This document shows positions 51,122 to 63,109 of a stretch of DNA of 64,000 bases, piece by piece. Numbering within the stretch: position 1 is the stretch's first letter; each line of letters starts with the position of its first letter. The position numbers were made by a program, and so were the translations under genes. Source of the DNA: Octopus sinensis. Lineage: Eukaryota. The notes beneath the pieces are model-generated. The model made no database searches. It saw only the letters and a list, made by a program, of their open reading frames with translations, and was not told the DNA's origin. The stretch covers positions 136,896,001 to 136,960,000 of the forward strand of contig NC_042999.1 of assembly GCF_006345805.1 (NCBI RefSeq), written 5' to 3'.

Positions 51122-52088
51122 CCTTAAATAATTTATTTCTAGATATATTCTGGCCTTAGAAAAAATAAAAAAGAAGAATCATGACTGAAGCATCAATCAT
51201 TATCTATTCAATCAAGATTGATTCTTGTCTTAAAATACATTAGTACAAGTAAATATCTAACCTATGGTTGTATGGTAAAACTGATATAAAACAGTCATAT
51301 ATAATTTACATACTAATATGTATATGCCTATGTATATACATAGACTTGTGTGTGTTTGTATGTGTGTGTGTGTGAGAGAGAGAGTTGTAAAATATCAGTC
51401 CCCTACCTCCTGTTTCCTTCAGTACATATTCTTGTGGCCACTGTTATCTTCATCAGAACTTGAACAAATTAATAAATGATGTAGAAAAATATATTTTTTG
51501 TTGCTGTAACGTACCATGTGACTTGTATTTTACGTCCGCAAGCCACTTGTACTAGCCATGCATTCATTCTATAAAATGATTTCAAAAAGAATTTCAGAAT
51601 ATAATGACAAGATATAAATTCTGTCTTGTATAAAATTTATATAGAATTCACATTTTGTTCAGATCACAATTTCAAATCATTCTCTTCATGTATACATGTA
51701 CCCACTTTTTTTTTTTTTTTTTTTTTTATACAAGTTATTCAGAAAGGACCAGGTAGTGTTCATGACTTTTGCTGTCTCCTCCCAAATTCTGTAAACCAAT
51801 GTTTCCCACAAACACATGAGTTAAGAGGAAATCAGTTGTCTGGTACAACAGTTTGAAACTGAGCTTCAGTAAATGTACCTAAGAACCAAGGAGTATTAAA
51901 CTAGTTAAGTTACATAGGAGTAAAAAAAAATGGATTTCTAACACAACCACATATTTTGGGAAACACATTGTCAGACTAATATTTGTTTGGTAGTTACTTT
52001 ACTGCCCAAGAAAGAATGTATGGTAAATTAATCCTGATGACTTTTGAACTCACAATGTTAAAACATGTAACTAAAATCTGCCCTTCAG

Positions 52089-52115
52089 CATCCAAGAATG
52101 GCTAACAGCCTATTG
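52089..52115 (+). other. Candidate 27-nt microexon
   Basis: gTAACtaaaatctgcccttcAG|CATCCAAGAATGGCTAACAGCCTATTG|GTAAGT; length divisible by 3; open as IQEWLTAY or HPRMANSLL. Confidence 0.3.
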
Positions 52116-53124
52116 GTAAGTTCAGAAGTGCCACCATCCCCTGTATAAGAAGTCAGCTTTATTCCTTTTTCTTCAACTACAACTTGTTGATGAGACCTTC
52201 CAATTATGAGGCTTTAAAAAAGACACTGATGACAGGGTAGCTAACTGTTGGATATACAACAAAGTTGTAAATGAGGATTTCATACCTATTGAGCATCAGG
52301 TTTACTAGTTTACAGCAATAAACCACCAACCATCCTCTGCTTAGACATAAATCAGTTCTCTCCATATGCATCAACATGTCCTGCATTTAATAGATGGCTT
52401 ATAATAACAATAATAGATATGTATTATAGCTATTATAGTTCTCTCCAGATTTTTTAATCTCTTTCCTACAAGTGCTGAAATTTTACCTCAATTGTTTTAA
52501 CAGTAAGTTTACAAGTTTGGTCTTACGAAACTCCCTTTAAAGGTCATCCAGAACCACTCCTAGTATTTTGTTATAGTGCCAGGAATATCAATGCTATTGG
52601 CTTCCACAGTAGATAGATGGCATTTATTAAATTGTGCACTTAACAAAATAGAACTATCTTGTCATCTGAGAAGCCAGCATATTATTTTTACTATTGTGCT
52701 TCATTGGTGTTGGCTCGAATTTTGTGGCATATGTAAACTTCAGGTGCAAAAGAAAAAAGATCTGTTTCTAAGTAGTGATGATATGTAAGATATTGGTAAT
52801 TTATTGATTAAACAAATAAGAAAGGTTACAGCTAATTTGTGAGTTAAGATTGAACTTCTCTTGTTTTCTCTGGAAAGTGATATCGTTACAATCAGATTAA
52901 AATCAATAATACTATTTAGTCATGAAGTGAACAGCTATGATCAAATGCAAAGTTTGTTAACTTCATTGAAGTTACCTGTTGGATTCCTCTCAAGTGAAGA
53001 AAATTACTTTGAAACCAGGCAAATTAGCCCATTACTTTGTTCCAGAATGACCCAAGACTTCAAATTGGGTTACTTCTTTCTAAAATTCATACCATAAAAG
53101 TTTATTATAAAAAATAAAATGAAG

Positions 53125-53270
53125 AATTTCACTTCCCATCTCTTGGTTTTGGGTTTACTCCCACTGAGTTGTATCTTGAGCAAGTCTGTTCTACTATTGT
53201 GCTTCATTGACTGATCAAAGACTTGTGAATGGATCTAGTTGACAGAAAGTGAAAGAAGCTTGCTTTTTAA
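53125..53270 (+). mobile_element. Decayed SINE family 1 head
   Basis: cccactgagttgtatcttgagcaagtctg...gacttgtgaatggat...gaaagtgaaagaagc. Confidence 0.55.
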
Positions 53271-53439
53271 ATGTGTGTGCATATACATGTGTGTATGTGT
53301 TTATACCTCGTTGTCTTAACATCACCATCATACAAGTATGGAAAAGTAGGCATTTAGTCTCTGTCTTGTTATCTACTTTTGATTATGTCGCCATTTTTGT
53401 CTTTGACGGCCACTACCTGCCTCCACTTTTTGTCTGTTA

Positions 53440-53660
53440 GCAGATAAGATTGAGAAAACAGTTGTATGGCGGCACTGAAGTGGCAGCCTGAGGGGAAAAG
53501 AGCAGTAGGGTACCCTAAAACCACATAGCAAGGGACCATTGACAAGGAAAGGTGACGAGAAAGGTGGAGAAGCCGGACTGAGACCAGAACAGTGGCAGAA
53601 ATCAGAGCTTGTTGGAGAGATTGTGTTGCAGTTTCATGTGCCTCATGGCATGGAGAGAAA
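53440..53660 (+). mobile_element. RTE C-terminal fragment from a second RTE lineage
   Basis: ALKWQPEGKRAVGYPKTT*QGTIDKER...RACWRDCVAVSCASWHGEK*, typical RTE C-terminus. Confidence 0.75.
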
Positions 53661-54244
53661 TAACTAACCAAATAACTTTTATCTATGATTTGATAAAAAA
53701 AGATAGGGTAGAAGGACTAAATGAATTACAGAGATTTTTAATACTGCTTTTGAATATTCCAAGTTCCAATACAACTGTCAGTTTCACTTTTAATCCTGCC
53801 CAGGGTTTATAAACTAAATTTGTTGTCTTTCCATCTGAAAGTCAGCCATGACAAAACAAACCTACAATCAAAGACATTCCAGCCATAACTAAACTGTCTT
53901 TTATTTGGATGTAATGTAGTTAGAAATACTTTTAGTGTTTCCTTCCCTTGAGATTATAGATGTGATTTTAAAGGAGATTTGACTACTGTATCCTTCAGCT
54001 CAAGTAATTGTATAAAATATTTTGTTAGCTTGTTCTAAATAATAGTATACTGCAGTCAGTTTGATCCACTCCACCCTCACTCTAAAAAAAAACAAAGCAA
54101 ATAATACTTTGGTCGGTTCCTGTCTAATTAAAACCATTATCATTTTTTAGAAAGGTATTTTGCTCTAAAGTATAACATTTACATTGTGATATATTCACTC
54201 CTTCATATCTACAGTCTTCAGTTCTTGGAGCTGTAAATATATCT

Positions 54245-54420
54245 TTTATCTTTTGCTGATTTTAGTCTTTGGACTGTGGCGATTCTGGAGCACTGCCTTG
54301 AAGGGTCCATGCAAGCAAACCAACTCCAGTACATATTTTTCTAAGTCTAGTACCTAGTCTATCAGTTCTTGCTGGACTGCCAAGTTATGAGGACAGAAAC
54401 AAATCAACACTTGATGTAAT
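54245..54420 (-). mobile_element. Decayed SINE family 1 tail half (similar copy at 56385-56580)
   Basis: gactgtggcgattctggagcactgccttgaaggg...ctagtacc. Confidence 0.55.
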
Positions 54421-54584
54421 AGGACAAAATATGTACAAGAATGGATACATATATTCACTCACACACACACATATCCCCTACATTTTGTATATGGATACAT
54501 CGTAGGTGCAGCAATACCAATAAGCAATGAAAATGTGTAGAAAACAGCTTCCATCACATTCCAGGTAGAGGTGGTGAAGCTATC

Positions 54585-55241
54585 TATAAACTTCGAATAT
54601 TGGGCCTCACCGACTGAGACCTTTGGAGCTATGTTGTGCTTGAGAATTCCTAGTAAGCCTAGGGAGACCGTAACTGTGGCCTATGCCAGTGCAGCATAAC
54701 CAGCCCATTTAAGAGTACACTTCAATCATTGAGCAATAAGCTGTGCTTGCAAAGACCTGTTGAGGCAAGTGAAATTGTTGTTGTAGCTGATGACAGTACT
54801 GCCTGATTGGCACCTGGTGACATGTAAAAAGCACCATTTGAGCGTGGTTGATGCCAGTGCCAGTGGTATGTTAAAAGCACCATTCAATCGTGATCATTGC
54901 CAGTGCCACCTGATGGCTCACGTGCCAGTGGCACATAAAGAGCACCATTTGAGTGTGGTCGATGCCAGTGCTGGTTGATTGGTCCCATGCGGGTGGCATG
55001 TAAAAAGTACCATTCAAGTGTGGTTGATGCCAGTACCACCTGACTGGCCCTTGTGCTGGTGGCACGTAAAATGCACCCACTACACTCTCGGAGTGGTTGG
55101 CGTTAGGAAGGACATCCAGCTATAGAAACTTTGCCAGATTGGATTGGAGCATGGTGCAGCCTTCTGGCTTGCCAGCTCTCAGTCAAACTATCCAACCCAT
55201 GCCAGCATGGAAAGTGGACGTTAAACGACAATGATGATGAT
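54585..55241 (+). mobile_element. RTE 3'-UTR-derived element with 4+ tandem ~60-bp units
   Basis: Repeated gtaaaaagcaccatt...gatgccagt units then cacccactacactctcggagtggttggcgttaggaagg...ggacgttaaacgacaatgatgatga. Confidence 0.85.
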
Positions 55242-56924
55242 GTGTATGTACACAAACACACCTATGCATAGACAGTATTTACTCATGTTTAAGGTTTTTT
55301 TTTCCTTTTTTTTAACATGACTTCTGTAAAAATGAATTCGGAGTGGTGACTTATATATGTACCTCAGAAAACTTGTTTAGGGAATTTTATCATTGTCACA
55401 ACCAGCCACTATAATAAATGCTGAACCACTCAGTTGCACATTACAACCGGATACAGTGATTCTGAATAAATACCTGTAGTTATCACTATGTGCAAGGAAA
55501 CCAGAGAATTCTTTTTATATAAATCTAGTTTTTTGAGCTTATTGACTAGCCTTAAGCATCTTAGGGAAGAAATCAGTGGCTCTGGTGATACAGTGAAGTG
55601 TCTGGGTGGAGACTGGATGATGATGAGTTAAAATAATCGCAGAAATGTTGATGGGAGAGATGACAGCAAAAATTGAAAGAAACATTTTTGGAGAAATAAG
55701 TAAACACTGAAAGGGTGAAGGTCAAGGCAGAATAGAAAGAAAGGAAAAGGGGTTTTTTTGTGAGCTTGTCTGTTGGATGATAAATGTTTGAAAGAAATAG
55801 GTTTTTATAAAAGGAGAAAATCTTACCTTGTATGAAAGATTGTCATAATGGCTGCTACTGGTATAAAGAGAATTAATCAAACTCTACTAATATCATTAGA
55901 CATGCAACATAATTTGAAAAGCTTTAGTTCTTGTCTCATCTTCCTTATAGACTTGGATTATAAATTGTTTCAAATTTTTTTTATGCAAAATATTTGCTCT
56001 GACTTACAAATAAATATTTGTGTGCATGTATGTGTATGTAAAGGTACTTTATGATTAAGGTATTGAGCTCACAGTCATATAGTAGTAGGCTCAATTCTTG
56101 GACTGAACAGTGTATTGTTTTCTTGAGAAAAGCAGTTTATTTCATGTTGTTCTTATCTACTAAGTCATAAATGAATACCACCCCAGTGTTGGTGCAGCTT
56201 TTTCTCCCTCTGGCTGTCATTTCTTAAGCATTCTTCTCGGTCAACAATTTGGAGGAGTGAGAGGGTGTTATAGCTACATAGGATTGTGTAGGCTCCGAAA
56301 ACAATTAGCAAAAGCAAGGTACATGCTACAAATTTATACACGCTTGTGAGTGATGGCTATGGTTTATATATATACTATTTGTCTCAGGTTTAGATTGTAG
56401 TCATGCACATTGGGGCACCATCTTGAAGGGTTTTGTCAAATAAATCAACCCCAGTACTTATTTTTAAAGCCTGGTGCTTATTTTATCAGTTCCTTTTTGC
56501 TGAACTGCTAACTTAAGGGGATGTGAACAAACCAATACCAGTTGTCAAGCAGTGATGATAACAAATACAAAGACATACACACATTGATATACATATAATA
56601 AATAATTATAGCAACAAAAGTGGTATTAATTCCAAAAGTTAATATTTATCCCCACTTAAAAGTAGATGTTTTAGAACACATAGAGTTACCATGAGAGAAC
56701 TTTTCATATTTGCTTTTGGTGCATATAAACATTCTTGTTTACATTGCTAGTGGGAGATAAATCACCCACCATTGCCACTGCTAAGACTACTGGATCATAT
56801 GATTTGTGCTACCATTGACAGGGCCAGGGAAGGCTGAAATCAAGAGTACTCATATGCACCAAAAGCCAATATGAGAGATTCACAACATCCACTTTTAAGT
56901 GGTGGTAAATTCAAATATGTAATG

Positions 56925-57075
56925 ACAGGCTTTTTTCAGTTTCCATCTATCACATTCATTCACAAGGTTTTTGTTGGCCCAAATTATAGATGACACTTGC
57001 CCAAGGTGCCATACAGTGGGACTGAACCCAGAACCATATGATTTGGAAGCAAACTTCTTCCCACACAGCCATATC
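56925..57075 (-). mobile_element. SINE family 1 head
   Basis: gacacttgcccaaggtgccatacagtgggactgaacccagaacc. Confidence 0.8.
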
Positions 57076-57325
57076 TATAGCATAGTTAAGTGTGAGCCCT
57101 TACTATCTATAAACTACCAAAATCTTTAAATTTGTGTTTATTCCAAAGTTGTGCTTGTTTAGTATATGTTGAAACTAAAACAATTGCATCATAGTAGAAT
57201 CTTTTTATCCTTTTAAAACACATGTACTATTATAGTCACTTCTCTTTAATTTATAATATTCATATATGCATTCATTATTAAGAGTATATTAAGTAATAAT
57301 AGATACATTTGAAAAAACTTGAATA

Positions 57326-57433
57326 ATACTAGCTATGGCGGTACATATTCAAAAATTGGAATGATACAGAGAAGATTAGCAAGACCCCTGCACAAGCATG
57401 ACACACAAATACGTGAAGCATTCCATATTTTTT
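57326..57433 (+). pseudogene. U6: Full-length U6 snRNA pseudogene/retrocopy
   Basis: Ungapped match to canonical U6 as recalled (about 17 substitutions in 106 nt, many at CpG); ACAGAGA box and AGC triad intact; ends TTCCATATTTTTT. Confidence 0.93.
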
Positions 57434-57440
57434 ATAAACA

Positions 57441-57490
57441 CAGTGCTCCAGCATGATCACAGTCAAATGACTGAAACAAGTAAAAGAGAA
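57441..57490 (+). mobile_element. SINE family 1 terminal 50 nt, attached 7 nt after U6
   Basis: cagtgctccagcatgatcacagtcaaatgactgaaacaagtaaaagag vs cagtgctccagcatggccaagtcaaatgactgaaacaagtaaaagag at 38899-38945. Confidence 0.9.
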
Positions 57491-58719
57491 TAATAATAAA
57501 ACATCGCGTTTTAAATGTTAATATTTAATGTAACTCTACCATAATGTAAATATGTTTATTATTATCATGGGCACTGTGCTAAAGCATAGTGTCCATGAAC
57601 TAAAATGAATCAAAATGATTATTATTAAACTTCAAATCATAATAGACTTGCTGTAGTTATTTCTCAAAGTATAAAACTTTTAAGTACTTTCACCTAAGAG
57701 TCAGTCCCCTGTTCAACACAGTTTGGTCATGACTGGAAGATTACCCAAATGCTGTTCCCTAGATCTAAATGTAAATCTTTAAACTATTTAATACCTGTGT
57801 ATCCACATGTTGCAGATGAAATCTAATATTAACTCTCAGATTCTCATTTCTTCAGGAAACATGGAATATATACCTGCAATGTACTAAGATATGTTGAATA
57901 GTTTGCAATGTATGTGGTACATTTTAATGGCTACTTCCATTAGATACCCAATAATTTCTGTAATAAATAGGATTTTATATCTTCTATATATTTCAAACTT
58001 AACAATATAAATGCTATATACTGATATCACTATTAGCAATAAACACACACACACACATAATGAAAAATGTTCAACTCTGACCTTCAACATTGTTAAAGAA
58101 ATATTGATATTTTCAATGTGGTTCAGCAGTTCTAAATTAGATTACTTTAGAAATGTTTGGTGTTCTTTGAAGCCTTCTTCTATAATCAGCTGCTACTTGT
58201 TATAGGTTTCCATCCACAAACCAGTCTTCATCATATCTTCTTATTTTCTGCTTTATTCTTCTCTAATGTGAATCAGCTGATAAATTTTTTTTTAATCTTG
58301 CCCACACACTTATATGCGCTACATATTCATATATAAATAAATATCACATATGCATCTTAGTACATATATGTATGTGTATATTGATCTAACTGGAAGATTG
58401 CCCAAATGTTGTTGACTAGTTAAGAAGTTTGCTTCACAATGATAAAGTCTTGGGTTTGATCCAATTTTGTGACATCTTGGACAGATCTCTTTTGCTATAC
58501 TCTAGGATCCACCCAAGCCATTTCAGTGATATTGGGTTGTCAGAAAGTGTAAGACTGTTTTTGTCATTCAAAGGACTGGCTTTGTCACATTCTAGCTTTA
58601 GCCCTCAACTCCTGATGAAGTAGCACATTATAAACCAATTTTTGCCTTCTATTGCAGCTGCTTGCCAAAACTTAGGCCTCTGCTAATGACTTCCCTGTCT
58701 ACTCTTCAACATTATCTAT

Positions 58720-59017
58720 CAATTTTTTCCTCTCTTTTACTTGTTTCTGTCATCTGACTGCAGCCATGCTGGAGCACCACCTTTAGTCTAACAAATCAAC
58801 CCCAGGACTTGTTCTTTGTAAGCCTAGTACTTATTCTATCGGTCTCTTTTGCCGAACTGCTAAGTTGCAGGGACGACGTAAACACACTAGCATCGCCCAG
58901 ATATACATATATACGACAGGCTATAGTAGAAGACACTTGCCCAAGGTACCACACAGTGGGACTGAACCCGGAACTATGTGGGTTGTAAGCAAGCTACTTA
59001 CCACACAGCCACTCCTG
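58720..59017 (-). mobile_element. SINE family 1 with two internal deletions
   Basis: Head and tail both present; middle segments missing relative to 38531-38950. Confidence 0.88.
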
Positions 59018-59049
59018 TTGACTTCTTTTTCTTTCCATCTCTACATTTC

Positions 59050-59400
59050 CTTAAAAAAAAGTCTTTGCAAGGCCACTGAATTTTGCCATTCCATCTCAGC
59101 TTATGCTTTTTTCCCAGTTAGAAGGTCTTCATGCAGATCATTGTAATGCTAGAAGGTTTTGTGGCCCTTGTTATTTGTGATATAGTCAAAGTAGGAAATC
59201 TTGAAGATGTTGCAGTAGCAACTCATTTCTAGTACCTATATCTTTTCCTGTCTCCTGCAGTGACAGTGTATGCAGAAGCCTGGTCTTGCTTTTTGTGGTA
59301 CTGGTTCTATCTTTCTATTTTGACTTCAGTTTGGTTTGTGTTGTTATTGTCTGTATAATTCTTGCACAGATTTCTCTTCCACCTGATCCTCCAGCTATTC
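59050..59400 (-). mobile_element. BovB-like RTE RT C-terminal remnant
   Basis: Minus frames REICARIIQTITTQTKLKSK*KDRTSTTKSKTRLLH and ISYFDYITN...EDLLTGKKHKLRWNG. Confidence 0.75.
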
Positions 59401-59438
59401 GAACTGCTGCACATTATCATACTGTGCTTTGCCCATTG

Positions 59439-59627
59439 TGACAGAGGATTATGCTAAGTATACAAGCATATTCAGAATACTTAACCAACTACAATGTTCA
59501 TCAAAACCATCAAAGGAATCATTTACAGTGTGTGTGCCAGTGGCATGAAAGTAACACCTATTACATGCTGTAAGATAGTTAGCCTTAGGAAGGCATCCAG
59601 CCATAGAAACCATGTCATATGTGTGTT

Positions 59628-59658
<31 letters not shown>

Positions 59659-59875
59659 GACAGAGGATTATGCTAAGTATACAAGCATATTCAGAATACT
59701 TAACCAACTACAATGTTCATCAAAACCATCAAGGAACCATTTACAGTGGGTGTGCCAGTGGCATGAAAGTAACACCTATTACATGCTGTAAGATAGTTAG
59801 CCTTAGGAAGGCATCCAGCCATAGAAACCATGTCATATGTGTGTTTGTGTGTGTGTATATATTATATATATATAA
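59439..59875 (+). repeat. Tandem duplication, period 219 bp, including an RTE-tail fragment and a (GT)n(AT)n microsatellite
   Basis: Units start tgacagaggattatgctaag at 59439 and 59658; only a few differences. Confidence 0.95.
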
Positions 59876-60278
59876 TGTATACTGTTCTACTGCACAACAT
59901 TACCAAACAAAATCAGATAGGAAAATACTACAGAAAAATACATACTTTATAAAATTACATACAAAATTCAATTTATCATGGAAATCCTATTCATATCGCA
60001 ATACAATCCCAAAACTAACATTGAAACACGCATCAAAAAATTTACATGCAGTTAGAATTTGACCATGACTAATGAAAACAGGACTGTTGATGCATGAAGC
60101 TAACAGTTAAAAAAATTCTTTGGAATGGAAGTGTAAACAAATTCTACCAGTTTATAAGAAACAACATAGACAGAAAATATATTCAGTTCTTAAAAATGAA
60201 ACTGTGAAGGTTGCAAAATGGCAAATATGAATTATGAACCCTTTTGTTCCAAACCATTTGTGTGTGTGTGTGTGTGTG

Positions 60279-60329
<51 letters not shown>

Positions 60330-60775
60330 TCATTACTTAACAACTGAATACGCACACACACACACACACACAACCACACACACACACATATATATATAAT
60401 ATATAATATATTAAAATTTTGTATATGCATTAGCACTCCATTAAATCATCCATAGATTTCTATGGTAAATACATGTAATATGCTGACAGACAGAATTTCC
60501 CAACATCTGCCAGTGAGCTGTCCTCACTAATGAAGTCTACAGAAATAGCTGAAACTAAACATTTAGTCTGGGTGATTTTTAAGTCGGAGATATGGCAATT
60601 ACAATCCCTGTCAGTATGTGTGTATACATTTGTGTGCTTCCTACAGCATTTAGAGTATTTAAACTCTTATTTCTAGCAAAGTAGGTGTCTTGGCAACCTC
60701 AGTCACATTTAGTAACCATTGAATTTTTTCTTTATTGTATTACATCGAGCTTAGCTGTTTATATTAATCATATAT

Positions 60776-60808
<33 letters not shown>

Positions 60809-61352
60809 GTTTGAAAAATCTAAAATAAAAAAGATAAAAGTTGGGCATAGCTGTATATTTGATGAGACATGCATATGTATTTTGTATGTATGTATGACTC
60901 TGTATGTGTGGTCTCTTAAGTTTGGTGTTTTCACTGTATGTAGCGACTTTAGTTAAGTCATCTGGGGACCAGTCTGACTTGCTTGAAAAAGCAATTGCAT
61001 GGAGTTAAATAGACTTCAAAGTAACAGGTCACTAGACCAACCCCCCAAAAAAACTACTGCACTCTATGGTTGTCTTGAGTATTTCTTCTCCAGATCATTA
61101 CCTAACGACTGAAACACTCGCATACACACACTAGAAGCTCTGGGGTAGTTTGTAAGGGCAATGCACAAGCACTCAGCTCTGAGTGCACTACATCTTATAG
61201 CAAAAACAGCTGTAAACTTATGAAGCTTACTACATTTTCCTTGTCATTTCTTCAAATTTCATACTGTGCTCTATACACACCTAGTTCTTTATTCTGAATC
61301 ATATGTATACTGAGTTCTAATACCAGATTATTAGTTTCACTATGCCTGAGTA

Positions 61353-61390
<38 letters not shown>

Positions 61391-61393
<3 letters not shown>

Positions 61394-62289
61394 TACATAT
61401 GTGGGAAATTCTGTGGGTGTGTTCATGGAGTTGTTAGCTAACTCCTCCTACATAGTTTTATCAATTTTGATGAAACTTGACACATCAGTAGAACTCGTGT
61501 CTGGAAACCTCATGGCATACTCAGATTGTTGAAAAAAGTCGATAGTAGGGCCCCTGGAAAGGATCCTTATATTATCTAATATATTTCATTTTCACAGCCA
61601 AGGGAAATAACCCATATGCCCAGATTTTAGCAGCCAAATGAAATGACCCATTCATTTTCCTAAATCATTTGGTATAAATCAAATTGAGTATGCTTATTTC
61701 TTAGTATTTGAACTGTTGGAGTTATTTTCGCAATTTATCCAGTACTACCCTTAAACAGGTAAATAGTATTTTCCTAAACATTAGATCCACTTATTTCAGT
61801 TAGTGACTCATTCACGAATATACCAACACTAGTATCATTGAGGGTAATATTCTCTGGGAATGCACAAAAGCCCTTTTCAGAGTTATTTACTTTGAATTGT
61901 TATTATCTCATATCTGAGTAGCCTGTTATTACATAACATGCTTCACAATTTTAGTATACATATCTTATTAGTATTTCCTCCTAAGTTCTATTTTCTCTGG
62001 GAATGCTTTAAAGCCCTTTTTATGGCTACTTTATTTGAATTCTTACTATCAAGTAACAAATTCCATGTTATTACATAACTGACTTCATAATTTGGGTATT
62101 CATAACTTATTGGGAATTCCTAAAAACAAAATTCTGTATAAGACAGTTTGGTATTCTCTGTAAATGCACAAAAACCATTTTAATGGCTACATACTTTGTA
62201 TTGCTGTTATTGGATTAGCAAAACAATTATGAGAATGGAACCAAGGGATAAGCCCCACTTTCCCAGGAATTACTGGGTACATCAGCTAG
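61391..62289 (+). mobile_element. Non-autonomous Helitron family H3 with ~150-bp diverged internal tandem repeats
   Basis: 3' end cccag-gaatta-ctggg hairpin then tacatcagCTAG|T; internal units ttctctgggaatgc at about 61851, 61993 and 62154; 5' end decayed. Confidence 0.65.
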
Positions 62290-62984
62290 TATATATATAT
62301 ATATATATATAAAGATTGAAATATCACTAACTCTGCAACCACAACTGGGTATTAATACCTTTACACAATAATGTGTTTAAGACACAAAAAATATTGTTAG
62401 AGCTTGTCAAAATTTTTGGTTTTGTTGTTTTCCCATTTGTTTGCTAAAATCATAATTATCTGTGAAAGATGTATGCTCAGTTAAAGCACTCTAAAATGTC
62501 TTAGTATATGAAATACATACACTAAAGAAATAGGGAAGAATATCACATATTTTGAATGTGACATATGGAATAACTGTATAGACTATTTTGCAAATGAAAT
62601 TGGGTTATAAAGAAGGGAGTTTCCAGAGCTGTTGTTATTGTGAAAAAAAAATTGGGTTGAAGGAAGGGAGTTTCCAGGTTTGTTAATGTAAGAAAGAAAG
62701 GGTGTTGAATGAAGTGAGTTTTCCTGATTAATCTCACCGCTTCTTTGACTTCTTTAACTTATTTAGGAAGGTGATAGCTTTTATCAGATTATTTTCATGA
62801 CTGATAGAAGTAACCTAGAGAAGGTAAGCCAAGTGCTTATGAGTTATAATTTCTAATCTACCACATAGGTAGTGCTCATCATCTTAGTGGTCTTAATAGC
62901 GATGATTAATTCTATTGCAGTAGAATTATAACCTAAGCTTTGCTGATCAAAGCCAACAAAGGAACTATTTTAAGTGTGTGTGTG

Positions 62985-63100
62985 TGTGCACACCAGTGGT
63001 ACAAAAATAGTACCTATTACATGCTGTAAAATGGTTGGTCTAGGAAGGGCATCCAGTCATAGAAACCATGCCATATGTATGTGTATGTATATATATATAT
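62985..63100 (+). mobile_element. RTE-tail fragment related to the 59.4-59.9 kb duplication unit
   Basis: ccagtgg...cctattacatgctgtaa...aggaagggcatccagtcatagaaaccatgccatatg. Confidence 0.75.
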
Positions 63101-63109
63101 ATAATATAT

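Noticed and set aside
52861-53097. 78-aa ORF in unique sequence
   Set aside because: TTG start, weak splice signals, no recognisable homology
57326-57433. Functional U6 gene
   Set aside because: About 17 substitutions including the U2/ISL pairing region (ATGGCC to AAGACC), CpG decay, no clear upstream TATA, and a retroposon tail attached
59370-59441. Terminal-exon candidate ISLPPDPPAIRTAAHYHTVLCPL*
   Set aside because: Better explained as the antisense of the RTE RT remnant on the minus strand
60522-60560. Fifth hammerhead-like motif CTAATGA...GAAAC
   Set aside because: Core is mutated, stem II is imperfect, and there is no stem I or cleavage triplet; too degenerate to call
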